DNA of 64,000 nt from Lama guanicoe (GCA_013239625.1 MU053881.1:7523957-7587956), one strand, 5' to 3'. Counted from the stretch's first letter, positions 1-13,187 are shown. The notes: generated from the letters alone by a model not told the origin. Translations and numbers: made by a program.

Positions 1-812
1 TTTGTTCAGTCTGCGTTCTGGGAGACTGTGCCTGGGATACATTTAGACTTAAACTCCAGATGTTAAAAATCAATGGTTTAAAAAATCAATTTATTATTCT
101 TTTCTTTAAAATGAGGATGGAGAGGGAAAGAAGTCTATACTATGTAGTCTAAGACACTGGCTTTGTGTAGTACTGGCTGCTGAGAAGCAGTCCCTTTGAC
201 TTTGAGGATGTTTCCAGTGTAATATTAGACCAAGGCCAAAGGGTTGTGCAAGTCATGGCCAAAAAGTGAATGCCTCCTTCCTTTTTTTTTGCACTAGCCA
301 CCTCACTTGTCTTATCATAGTCCTGCCCTTGTGTTAGATCCATGACCACAGACTGAGAAGTCCTGCTTCCCTTTTCCTTGGAAACTCAGATTTTCAGAAC
401 ATTGCAAACATTTGCTTGTTCAGAATTGTTTTCACTATTCTCATTGCTTATTTTTCCAATTTATCCTATTTTCAGAAGTATATATTTTTTAAAGTACATA
501 AGTAATATATAAATCTGTGTTTGTAGAACAACTCCTCAAGTGCAGAATGTAGACAAAGAAAGTGAAGAAGATCTCCTTTCAGTTCCGTCTTCCATCCAAT
601 CTGATTCCTTCTCTAGAGATGCTTGTTGCTATTGTCTGGTCCTTTCATGCTTTCGTCTATGCATTTATATACACAGAGATGTGCATTGGCCTATATACAC
701 TTAAAAATTAATAGGATCATCCTTTACATATTGTTCTGCAACCTTTTATTCACCTCACAGTGTACTTTGCAGAGTTTGCTATGGCAGGAGCTAAAGCTAG
801 ATTCTGTTCTTT

Positions 813-2517
813 CTATTTCTTTTTTGTCTGTTATTTTTACTATGTAAATTTTTATTGTATAAATTTCAAGTGTAGCTCAACATACAGAGTAATCACTACC
901 ATAAGTCTAGTTTCCGTCCGTCACCATACACTTGACCCCTTTCACCGACTTCACCCACCCTCTAAACTCCTTCCTCTCTGATAACCGCTAATCTGTTTTC
1001 TGTATCCATGAGTTTGCTTTTATTTTGTTTTGTTTTGGTTTGGTTTTTTTGTTGTAGGTTTTTTTTTTTTCATATTCCACAAGTGAGTGAAATCATATGG
1101 TATTTGTATTTCTCCTTCTGACATTTCACTTAGCATAATACCCTTAAGGTTTGTCCATGTTGTCACAGATGGCAGGATTTCGTTCATGTATGGCTGAGTA
1201 TTCCATTGAAAACTTATACTACATCTTCTTTATCTGTTCTTCCACTGATGGGCACTTAGATTGTTTCCGTATCTTGGCTATTATAAATAATACTGCACTG
1301 AACATTGGGATACATATATCGTTTTGACTTGATACATATATCATTTGTGTTCTCTGGGTAAGTGTCCAGAAGTGGAACAGCTAGGTCATATGATAGCTCT
1401 AGTCTTAATGTTTTGAGCAATCTCCTTACTGTTTGCATAATGGCTGCACCAATATACAGTCCCTCTACCAGGGTAGGAGGGTTCCCTTTTATCCATATCC
1501 TTTCCAACATTTGTTATTACTTACCTTTTCAATAATAGCCATTTTAACATGTATGAGGTGATACCTCATTGTGGGTTTTGATTTGCTTTTCCCTGATAAT
1601 TAGTGATGTGAAAATCTTTGTATGTGCCTGTTCGCCATCTGTGTGTCTTCTTTGGAAAGGTATTTATTCACATTGCCTGCCCATTTTTGAATTGGATTTT
1701 TGTTGTTGTTGTTGAGTTGTATGAGTTCTTTATATGTTTTGATTATTAACCCCTTGTTGGATATGTGACATGCAAATATCTTCTCCCATTCAATCGATTG
1801 CCTTTTCGTTTTGATGATGGTTTCTTTTATTGTGCAGAAGCTTTTTAGTTTGTAGTAGTCCCCTTTATTTTTGCTTTTGTTTCCCTTGCCTTTGGAGTTA
1901 GATCCACAAAAACATCACAAGACCAGTGTCAGTGAGATTGCCACCTCTATGTATTCTTTTAGGAATTTTATTGTTCCTGGTCTTACATTCAAGTCTTTCA
2001 TCCATTTTGAGTTAATGTTTGTGTACAGTGTAATATTGCAGTCTAGTTTCATTCTTTTGCATGTCCAGTTTTCCCATCACGATTATTCAAGAGACTGCCC
2101 ACTGCAATTTTTTTGGAGTAGTTTCAGAAGGATAAGTGTTAACTCTTCTCTAAATGTCTGGTAGAATTCACCTGTGAAGTCCTCTGGTCCTGGACTTTTG
2201 TTTGTTGTGATTTTTTTTTAAATTACTGATTCAATTTCAGTACTGCCAATTAGTTTGTTCACATATTCTGTTTCTTCCTAGTTCAGCTTNNNNNNNNNNN
2301 NNNNNNNNNNNNNNNNNNNNNNNNNNNNNNNNNNNNNNNNNNNNNNNNNNNNNNNNNNNNNNNNNNNNNNNNNNNNNNNNNNNNNNNNNNNNNNNNNNNN
2401 NNNNNNNNNNNNNNNNNNNNNNNNNNNNNNNNNNNNNNNNNNNNNNNNNNTCATTTCCAAAGCTTTGTAATGTAATTTGATATTAGGGAGTGTGCTATTT
2501 CTAGCTGTGTTCTTTTG
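813..2517 (-). mobile_element. 5'-truncated LINE-1 (L1MA-like): ORF2 3' part plus 3' UTR
   Basis: Minus ORF 1256..1510 carries a decayed ORF2 C-terminus (LELSYDLAVPLLDTYP, cf. [14 protein letters not shown]). T-rich tail at the left. Probable TSD gattctgttcttt (800-812) / gattccattcttt (2518-2530). Confidence 0.92.
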
Positions 2518-2569
2518 GATTCCATTCTTTTTTTAAATGCTACATAATTGGGTATTCAAAGTAAGAATC

Positions 2570-2815
2570 AGCTAACATGTATTGAGTACCTGCTATGTTC
2601 CAGACAATGTTCTGGTTCTCTAGTGTGGTATCTCATTTAATTCTTACAATAGCCATATAAAGATTGAAATTTTCATCTACTTTTTACCGTTGGGGGAAAT
2701 TGAGTCACTGAGAAGCTAGAAAATTTGGCTAAAGTCATACAGCTGGTAAACAGTGGAGCTGTGAATGCAAGTAGTCTGATTTTGGAGACCATGTTCCAGT
2801 CATTACACTTTGCTC
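2570..2815 (-). mobile_element. MIR SINE
   Basis: tattgagtacctgctatg...ctcatttaattcttacaa...gaaattgagtcactgag...aaagtcatacagctggtaa is the reverse of the MIR core. Confidence 0.85.
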
Positions 2816-4280
2816 CTGATATAAATGTATGATACTTTATTATAATTAGTATTGTCCTATTCATGGACATTCAGATTGCTCCAGTATTAGATTATAAATG
2901 ACATTGCATTGAAAATCCATGTTTATATATCTTTGTGTGCTTGTGCAAATACTTCTGTGAGATAGAGTCCAAAAACATACTCTCTAGATCAAATGCATGT
3001 GCATTTTACAGAGTGATAGTTCAGGTAAGAAGAGACCATTGCATTTGGTTAATTATTGACCTTGATCATGACCAAATTCAGCAAGATATGACAGGTAAGT
3101 CTTAAAGATTTGACAAATATCTAAGCTCTGAAACCCAATTTATCCTTTTATACCACGATCTCATTCTTTGCTTCACAGACCCTCCAAAACTTCCCCTTAT
3201 CTGTCTCCGAAGAGGACAGTCCACTTTGTTACTCCACCTCAAGTTCTGGCTTTTTTCACTTACATTTGACTTGTGTCATAATGATGCGATCCGCATGCAG
3301 AAGAGTCCCAGTTGCTCAGGGGATTGAGAGTGAGGACCAGAGTTCCATGTCTTTGGGACCTTCTCAGGTCTTTTTTGTTGTTGTTGGTTGGACTTTGACA
3401 GTCCTCTTGCTTATGCTTGTTCTTATGGTCATAAAAATATAAACATCTTCTCTGTCTTTACATTCCATAGTCTCATAACCCTATATTCTTTTTTCTCTAA
3501 ATTTTCTAATTCACCTTTTAACTTTTCCTTACTAATCTTGTTACCTTTCTCTCCTCTGTGATAACACGTTCATTCCGAACAGTATTGAACACTCAGCACA
3601 AATGTCATTTGTTCAAGGTCACACATTTATGTTAAGTGTCTCATTTAGATGTGTGCCTTAACTGGGTCCAGAGAACTGGAATTTCTAAGTAGGTTTCTTT
3701 GCCTTGATTTACTGGAAATGCACGCAAGGGTTCACATCTGAGTGCCCTTGTGTATAGAGTGCTCAGAGGATATGATATCGAGAATACAGGATCATATTTA
3801 ATATAAACCCTTCTTTCGCATGGGAATAACATGAGAGGTCCCCACCTGGATAAGCTAAGGACATTTTTATAAGGGCCTGATTCTGTGATAGTTTTCAGAG
3901 AAGACAGAATTTGAGCTTATAGATTATGTCTGTTGGTAGATCTGTATTCTGCTTTCCTGACAAATAATTTTGTGCTTATACCGCAAAACAGTCTATGCTT
4001 CACTAAGCTGTTAAAAAATATTTGATATTGCATTTTGTCCCTTGTACTTCAGATAAACTGATGGTAGAAAGTCTAAATCAGGTTTTTAACAAAAATTCAG
4101 TTATAATCCTCCCTTTATTTTTATGTACACCATGCAACTCAGTCAGATACACATTTTTTTTTCATTTTATCTCTCCATTGCCTGTTTAAGTAAGGACCTT
4201 TCTTCATGGAGGCAGAAATACAAAAGTCTTATCACTGAGTCAGAGTCAATTCCTGAAAGATAACTCTGACCTCTTTCCAG

Positions 4281-4487
4281 ATTGTTGTGAGACTCTCCCT
4301 TGAAATTCTTCCCCACCTGTGTGATCCGGGGGACCACGAGGACAGGTCTTCCTCCCTGAAGAGAGAGCCTGCTGTTGAGCTGTGCAGTAAAGGCTCAGAT
4401 GTGAGCCTCAGCCGAGATGGAGCTAATGGGGGTTTCCTGGAAACAGTGCCTTCTGTTATCACCAGCTCTGCCATCAAGCAAAGTTAG
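4281..4487 (+). other. Candidate terminal exon of an unidentified transcript (68 codons open in phase 0)
   Basis: Acceptor ctctgacctctttccag| ends at 4280. Only phase 0 stays open, to TAG at 4485-4487. AATAAA follows at ~4589, ~4625 and ~4757. The peptide is not recognised. Confidence 0.2.
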
Positions 4488-6890
4488 CCACAAAAGCATT
4501 TCCAGTTCTGGAGCATTTCCCAGATTTACTCCATCTCATGTGGTCTTTTATTTTCTTCTTTCTTTTGGTAGGAGAATGCCCAAGGTTAAATAAACAAACC
4601 AGAGAGGCAAAACTTGCTATGGACAATAAACTAGAGGGGGTAATTGAACATTCTTCCGTCTATTGATTATTAGATTTGAAGCATGCAATCTGTTTCCTAT
4701 TAAAACCTAATGTTCTAGAAAAAGCATTCTGGGGGGAAAAACACTAGATAAAAACTAATAAATAAATTTCTATCTTCATTGAAATATCTACCTTATACTC
4801 TCTTGACCAACCAGCCATTGTTAGACCAGATTAATTGAAAAAGGTGAAAGATGTATATCCCCTAGTTTTCGATTTAAGTTTCAGACACCGTCCTTTTCTC
4901 TGATAATTAAAACTTTATCATTAAGAGGCTGGACTTGAAATTATTTCCATTGGGTTGCTGAGAGCTCCCATTTTCCCCAGGAATGAGCAAATATCCTGGT
5001 AAGAGGTAAGATCATTATCATCATCATCCTCTTTATCATCATGACAGTGCATTCTCACTGAGGAAAAGGCCATTTTGAGGTTGTAAACAACTGAATTTTC
5101 ATAGCTCTGCCTTGTAGTTTCCATATATTTTTTAAAAATCTATGGAAGTTTCCATTGACGAGGGTAACTCTGCTTATCCTTTTGATGTGATAGGTAAACT
5201 GGCTTTGTGGGAACAGATTTCTTTTACACTCCATGGTCATAAAAATATCAAATCCCCATTTCCCTGTAGGATATGATTACATGGACGAAAGTCACGATAA
5301 ATCTCTTACCATATATTGACATTATGAGCTATACTAATCATATTCATGACTCACTATTAGTGTCTGCTCCCAAATCAAGATGTATCAAAGAGGTGTCTGA
5401 ATAATTCTAACTACAGCTACCACTGAGATTTCCTTTGAACTCACTGCTGCATATTTACAAGTAAATACATTTTTTTGGTCAGGTTGCCTCTAGGAAATAT
5501 TATTAAATAAGGAAGGAGCTTGTCTGGGCCAAATTCCTTCAAGCAGGAGAACATATTCAAATCACTATGAATTCTGAATTGGTAGTATTTTTCAGGCTTG
5601 GATCCATCTAAACAGAAATGAGAAGATTTCTATTCCCATTTTATTTAAGTGAGATTTTATGATAGAGTTATTAGTTTCTTTGACCATTCCACTGAAAGGA
5701 AGAGGAATATTTAAAGCATATGTGGATTTTCTGTGGGTTTTTTTTTCAGATTGTCTATACTAGAAATGAAATTGATTTTCCAAGCACAAGTGAAAGTCAC
5801 CTTCAGCTTCCCTGCAGTATGTCACTAAGAATTCTGATATTGAGGCAGTTCAGTTGCTGCCCTGACATTTTGCTGATCCCTGGCTCCCTAAAGCAACTGC
5901 TGGCTGGGACTCCTCCTTGAGTAGCCTGAACCCCTGGGACCACAACTGAAGAGCCCACCCAACCCTAAATATTGCTTCTGCCTGGAACCCTGTACAGACA
6001 GACTCTACTGACCTACTGGATACCTTTAGATATTAATTCAAACCTGGATCTGGGCTCAGTTTTCCATACCACTGAGGGCCCCAAATATTGAACTTCTGGC
6101 TTTGGGAGTCAGGTCTAGAACTGCTCAGTGTTTAATACTCCCAGTCCCCATCCTTCCTGTCCCCAGTTTCCTTCTCTGGCCATCAGCTCACACCTTTAGC
6201 AGGTAACACCAGAGTTGTGACAGGCATATGCTCATGAAAGGAAAAATGCAAGCAAACCTGAGTGTGAGATCTCAACAACTGGGTAGGAAGGTCTATACTG
6301 TCTCAGAGTAAATCCAATGGTTTTACATTTCATTTTCTGTTTATGGTTTTGTATATTATGCACCTTTCTATTTTACGTTGGTAACTGAGAGCTGATTAGA
6401 GTTCCAGATGCATTGCAATATGTGTTTAAGTTATAAACCACTGGATGTCACTCTTAAGCTGTGCAAGTGTGGCTGCAGTAGAGATTTTCAATAATGAATT
6501 GTAAGTGGGGAGTTAAGAGATACAGCCAAGGAGATAAACCATTTGAACAGTTTGTGTAGGTACATTTGCAGTGTCAGTGCCCTTAGGTTCCTATAAATTT
6601 TCTCTAGACACATTTGTCAGTGACAGTTAAACAGGACTAATAATTAGGGGAAAAAATCCCCTTAGCACTAGAAAGACAAAAAGACATTCATTTATCCATT
6701 CAGTGTGTACATTAATCACATGCTAAAAGCAGGATATTGGGCTAATGAACTATGTGATTACAAGAAAAAGTGAATTTGTATCATGCATGTATTTAACTTA
6801 CTGGAATGCAACTATGGTAAAAGGAAATGAAAGAAAATTCTGTCTGTTATTTCACTCAATGAATTTGTGCCTCCGATTAATTTTTCCTAG

Positions 6891-7537
6891 TGTCTGTCAG
6901 CCTTAAGGCCAAGTTTTACATTCTGCTCTGTGACGCTGGAGCTAGAACTATGCAGACTACATTTCCCAGAATTCTTGGCTGGCTGGCCTCTGGTTAGGCT
7001 CTGCTGACTACAGGCCTTGGCAGGGGATTAGAAGTGGACAGGAAAGCAAAAGGATATTCCTCCTGTTTTCATCTCTAGTCGGCTTCCTTTCATCGGCAGC
7101 ATTCATGTCAGATTCCAGCCTTCAGCATATCTCGGCCATTTCTACTGTCAGTTCTACTCTGGTCCCTTTAGAGGTGCCAGTGGCTCCTGTGCCACACTTC
7201 CTCTTAGAGCTCCTGTCAGATGCCAAATATCAATCATGTGACGTTCCCCTCAGAGATCCAGAACCAGCTAAGCATTAGCACTTTGGCAGTCTGACCATCC
7301 GCTCTGTGGAGACACTTTCCTCAAGCTCTCAGGTTCTGGTAGCACCATTTCTTGTCTTCTCCTCTCCCAGCCTTAAGAGTGTTAGCTGCTTCCCAAGCTA
7401 CTAATAGCAGGGTTACCTTACCAACCCAGTCCCCCCTTTCAGCCTTCCAGTCCTGTCTAGCGGATCCCCTGTGCTAGATCACCTCTGTCTGAAACATCTA
7501 GCATGGCTTCTGTCTTCCTGGCAGGGTCCAGACGACA
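6891..7537 (+). mobile_element. ERVL-class solo LTR (LTR33-like)
   Basis: TG...CA ends; tgcagactacatttcccagaa...ctctggttagg; 3' end tgtctgaaacatctagcatggcttctgtcttcctg...gaca. Confidence 0.75.
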
Positions 7538-10500
7538 GTGAGCATGAGGTGAGAGACACGAATGCTCTCTTTCTTCATTCAGTATCAGATTTTGTGTGTT
7601 TCTCATGGTTGAGACATCTCGTAACACTGATCAGAGTCTAGCGTTTATATTTATATTTATCGTATAATATGGGCCCGCATCACAAGCCAACTGGTGGTCA
7701 ATCAAAAGACAGTAGAATGTAAAGCTTCATACAAATAAAGAACATAATGATACGCTGACCTATTCCAACACCGGAGGAAACCTGGCCATGTTGAACTTAA
7801 TGAAAACTCATCTTCATATTGTCCCTTTCTAAGAGATTTCCAAGGATGATTTGACCGTATAAGGTGTTTGCTTTTCACGTTGACTTTGAAACCTGAACCT
7901 CTCATGATACGTCTCCTTAGTATAATCGTGCATAGTTGAGTAGATAATTGTTCTTCCCTTAAGGAGCTTGCAAACTAGTAGAAGAAATAGAAGAAAAACA
8001 TAAAAACAGGGAGATGATACTTGGCAATGTTTGATAGGAGCAACATACAGGGATGAACCATTTTGTCACCTGTTAGTAGTCAGATGTCATGAAATAGGTT
8101 GGAAGAGCAGAGGGTGAACAGATAATGCACACATTCTGCTAGAAATTCATTCACTCCTCTTCTTAGAGCAAGAAACTATTACGGCTACTGTTATTACAAT
8201 TTCAGTTTTAAAGACCTGTGGGGCGAGGATGCTTGCTCAGTCATGGAGTTTTTCTTAATATGTAACCTTTTCTTCTCCTGATATATTTCAGTGCCATTTT
8301 ATCTTATTTTTCTCAGTGACAGTGGAGAACATCTGATTCCTTTCTTAAGACCCCTCAATAATACACCCTTTAAAGGTTTAAAAGACCACTGTTAATTCTT
8401 TGTTTTATGCTATCAGAGTTTCTTTTTCAGTTTGTTTGTCTGATTTTTTCCCCCCACTAGAAAACACGTGGTTATATTCCCTGGTTCCAATTTCTGTCAG
8501 CCCTGATCCTTCATGTCTTGCTTTTGGAGCTGATGAAATAATCACTGTCCTTTCAGCACAGAACACCAGGTTTAGAAAGACAAGAAAAGAAATCTCCCAG
8601 CCATAGTGCTGGGACCATCAGTCCACGGGAGCTTTTGAACCTCAATACGTTTCATCCTCTTACCAGGTCATTTATCTTTGAAGGTGGTGACATACTAGGG
8701 TGAGAGATGACCTAATGATGAGGGACATCTTCACAAGTTATCATTTGAAGAAGTGGTTTTTGAAGAATAAGGGGGAGATGTGGGAGGGGAATTAGCAGTG
8801 AACTCTTTTCTTCAACTACTGAATCTTTTGGGATTCAGCACTTTTTCAGTATATATTTGCCTAAGATTCTTCAGGGATTCGATTAAAGGAGAGGAGCAAG
8901 AGGAAAAGAGGGGTTTGAAGCTGAAAAGAAAATATTTGTTGCTTTTTTTCACCTCATGATATGAGCTTATTTGAACAGTTTTTGTCCTGCCAAGTGACTT
9001 AGTATGAGGGGTTTTTTTCCCCCTGGTTTTAAACAGTGATGGGGGTGTAGAACAAATTTTCCCTGAAAATGCCCCTCCTTTTACTTTGAACTGTATCAAA
9101 ACACACTCCATGCATAATTCTGTGCATTTATTTCCTCTTTTTAAGGCAACTCATTCCAGATGAATGTGACAACCTGAGAGGTACTAACACAATGGAAGTA
9201 ATAAACTTACTTAAAACGGGTTTTACTTTACCTTAAAACAAAGTATCTGTGTAACTATAGCTTACCCACTAGAATGTAAAGCTTTTTACAAACGAAGGCT
9301 CTAATGAGATACTGATATGTTTTGAATATTGGTCCACGAGATTGTTAGGAGAACTTGGCAGCCTTACAACATTACGTTATAGACAGACTTCTTCGTGGAG
9401 TAATACAATTCATATACACCTTAATGGGAACCTCCTGGCTCTGACTCACAGCAAGAAATGAAGCCAAACACTCCAGTGTGTAGTGCTTGTTCAAGTTCCT
9501 GGCTTTAAATCTGGAGTCATACTTACTTTGTATTTATTTTCTGAAGCGAATGATAATCAGGGTGGCCAGGATTCCAGGTAAGGAATACTAACATCCTTAC
9601 CTTTCAAAAAAAAAAAAAATCAATGTCAAAGATTTTCATAAAGTAAGTGAGAAGAGACTTTATTTTCGGACAGAAAAGACGTAGGCAAGAGACAGAGAGA
9701 AAGCCACTGGAGGAATTTAGCTTTATCTAAAAGTCATCCACACAGGACATGTGAAGAGGAATAATGCTAGGTTCCAAACAGGGAAAAAATGATTAGTGGA
9801 GCTAAATCTTAGCCTGTGCCTAGATCATGAGAGTATCTAAAATAATTTCAAAGTTGCAGTCAGTTAATTTAAAAAAAAATGTCAAATCAGCTGTTACTAT
9901 CATTTGGGTTAGACAACTAGTTGACTGACTAGTCATTTTACTAACTAATGGAATAAGATCGGCATTAGGTTTAATGTTAGTCGCATCTTTGTAACATGAT
10001 TAAATTGCTTCAGGACAATCAAATTAATATGTTTTACTATCCCCTCCACTGATTGTGTGAAAGGTGATTTGATTCACAGTGATACAGCAAAATTCTGTTT
10101 TCGAGATGGGCCTCCGTGGCTGGTTCAACTATAGTTATTTTAGTTGTGAAAACACAGCCGCGAGTCTCCATGACCTAAGCCATACAGGTGCTTGGAGCAA
10201 TTCTCCAAGCGCTCTAACTCAGGAAAACATTGGCTCTTCTGCAAATTACCTGGGTTATTTGACATGTGTTTTGCTTGAAGTAGTTCAATAATTTCCCCAA
10301 TCCTCTACTTTGCTTTTGCCAGAGAGAGACAACCCTACAATGTCTGAACACAGCATAGAAGCTAGAAATGGAAGGTTTTCTTTGCTGTAGGGCTTAAGTA
10401 GGATTTTTCTGAGCTGGCAAGTGCAGTCTCATCTAAAATTAGGAAAACAAGATTGTCTATCTAGGTCTGTGTTGCACTGGAAGTGTGTGAAGTAAAACAA

Positions 10501-10696
10501 CAGGGGTCTGGAGATATTCTAGGTTGGGAGACAGAATGCCTCAACACTTAGCTTTACGACCATACTTACAGATCCAGGATCTTCCGCACCAGTGTTTTTC
10601 AAAATTTTTATGAATCGTTCTATGCAATAATCAGGATTCTACTAACTTAGAAAAAGTTATTTCCTGTTCTAAAGAAGGAAATTTATACAATTATAG

Positions 10697-11450
10697 TAGG
10701 AAATTACAAACTTAAATGCCTGAGTATGAGTGATAGAGAGTGGTGGGGATTGTGGCAAATTGGAACATTCATGCCACTAAATGTCTTAAGGTGGCATTGA
10801 TTATTCAGCTTCAGCCAAAGAATACTATGTGTGGATATGGTCCCAGTCTTGCCAGACCTTCCATTTTTCAACAAAAGTCAGAAAACTAAATCTATATATG
10901 AAATATCCCAATGTTTATATGTTGGCAACCTCTGAGTTTGTGGGAACCAGTTAATAACACCCTCTCTCTTCTCCTCTTGTGTTCATTACTAATTGAGAAA
11001 TGATACAGGAGTAAGACAGCTGAAGATCAAGATGTCAACATTATTACTGATAAAGCTGACTGAAGAACAAGGCTGAAATCTGTAACCAAATACATTTTCT
11101 AATTACCACTCTGCTCAGAAGAAACCTTGGGTGGGCAGAACTGCCTTATCAGGAGAGACAGCGTGAAAAAAGAGAGGGATGATAGTGCTCGCAGATTGTT
11201 AATGGAATAACTACCCAGTTAAGAAAGGAGGACCAATGAATGTGAGACCTGACCTCCTACCCATCAGGGGGAGAGATCAGAGAGCTCCTGGAGTGGAAGT
11301 CCCCCTGCTGCCACCGTCAAAGGAACACGTAAGGCGTACAACTAGGGAATGGAAGCTCCACCAAGTAAACTACCCATTCATTTTTTCAAAATGCTGTGCA
11401 GGGCAAACACAACTAGACTCAGCCCACAGATAGCCAATCTGCAACCTCTG
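10697..11450 (+). mobile_element. MER102-like hAT-Charlie DNA transposon, interrupted at ~10931-11375
   Basis: aaacttaaatgcc...gagtggtggggattgtggcaaattgg...cccagtcttgccaga...atgttggcaac; the terminus resumes as aaaatgctgtgcagggcaaac...tgcaacctctg. Confidence 0.75.
10931..11375 (-). mobile_element. Probable solo LTR of unassigned family nested in MER102
   Basis: About 445 bp of foreign sequence splits MER102. It starts tctgagt and has an antisense polyA-signal-like context (cattattactgata). Confidence 0.4.
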
Positions 11451-12889
11451 GTTTATACTTACTGTGTTTTTGAATTTGTCAGTTAGTTGCAATTTTCAAG
11501 ACTAAAAATTTGCGGTAATATTACTGTAGGCATAAATACTAAAAATTTTCTTCACTTTTATGGAAATTCAGCGTGTTAGAATTTTTTGATAGTTTTATGC
11601 AATAATTTAATAACTGTGTCTTCTTCCATAGACTGGATTTTCCCCAAAATGTGTGTCAGGAAAGAGATTTCAGTGAATGCTCAGCTCTGTACTCTTTATT
11701 TATCCGACCCCATAAAGAAAGCTAGTGTTCAAGGTTCACAGCCCCAGTTCTGACTTCACATTTCTCCCTTACTTACGCTTTAGCTTCATATCTGCTAAGA
11801 CTGTAACCTACCTTCCAGTTTCTGTCCTTGCTTCACCCTTCTATTTTAACATCTGAAGTCATTTTCCTGGTGACTGTTTTGGCTTCATGATTCTGGTTCT
11901 TCCTCCTCTATGCATTTCCAGCCATACTCCCTCGAGGTGCTTTGAGTAAACACTCCGCTAGTTCCAACACCAGAGATACCCCACACTGTGTGGTTCTCCC
12001 ATTATGCTTGCTCCAGACCCTTCAACAGGAAATAGCATTCATAGTTTTTACATTCTCGGTGGTTCTGGAAATGTTTATTAAATACATTTTGCGATGAGTG
12101 GACCATTGGCTGGGGCAACAATATTTGTCATAACAGGATCGGTCTTGTTCTAATGGTTTGGCATTGTAAATGGATTTCTTCAGCAGAGAGAAAACAAAGT
12201 CATCCTTGATGGAAATAACTTAAGAAAAGATATTTCCTCTCTAACATGAATCTCAAGAAGTGTTATTAAAATCTAGCTTTCATTTTTGTAAAATTGCTTT
12301 CTTAGAATGATGATTGGCTAAAAAAAAGTCTTTAATTTCATTGTAGCGGTGGCCTGGGGGCATTCTGGATACGTAGGCCTACTTTACTACTTGCTCTTTG
12401 GTGTGTTTAGATTATTCAAGGGCTGTTTTTCCAGGCAAATGACACCCACGTATCAGAATGATGACCCTTTCCTTGCATACTATCCCTGGAATTTCCTCAT
12501 CCAGAGCTTTCTCCCACCAGTATTCAAGGGAGGTCTTAGAGGGTCAGAGTGCTTTGAAGGGGGTGCTAAACAGGATGCTGGAATCCATGCCTGGTGCTGT
12601 CCTTTTTTGTTCTAAGATGACCTTATTGGATAGATTTACTATCTATGTGTGGAGGCATGGGGAAAAAATCTCAGCTCCGGCTTCTCAGCCTGTTCAGCTG
12701 TGGGCCTTGAACTTCTGTTCCTGCCAACACAACCCAGTAGGGAAGTGAATCTCCAGCAAGGCAGGCAAAGGTCCAGAGGACTTGGGCCTGCCAGCCATGA
12801 GCTATGCAGTGAGTCAGGCTGGAAGCCATAGGTTCTAACTAGGGTGAACCCTAGGTGTGCAGCATCCATCAACTCTCAGTTACCAGATG

Positions 12890-13105
12890 GCTTCCATTTA
12901 TTGAGTACCTACTGTGGTTTTGGAACTGCACTGTTTTTCATGTATTATCTCTTTATATTTAATCCTTAATACATGGAGAGATAGGAGATCTCATAGATGA
13001 GGAAACTAAGACTCAGAGTGGTTAAAGGTATCCACAAGGTCACACAGCTAGTTAGTAGCAGAGCTAGGATTTTAATGTGGGTAGCTGACCCACTGAACCG
13101 TGGCA
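12890..13105 (-). mobile_element. MIR SINE
   Basis: catttattgagtacctact...agatgaggaaactaagactcagagtggttaa...caaggtcacacagctagttagtagcagagctaggat. Confidence 0.9.
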
Positions 13106-13187
13106 TTTGCCTACCTTTTAATAAACTCTACCTAGGTAGATTTAGAACTGCCATCCACGGGGTGGCCCTAACATTTTTTGCCCTGAA

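Larger units (their letters stand above)
480..3010 (-). mobile_element. Old L1ME-type LINE-1 3' remnant, split by a younger L1 (813-2517) and a MIR (2570-2815)
   Basis: Antisense L1 3' phrases at 700-800 (ggatcatcctttacatattgttctgcaacc) resume at 2521-2560 and 2820-3010 (catggacattcagattg...atatctttgtgtgc). Confidence 0.6.
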
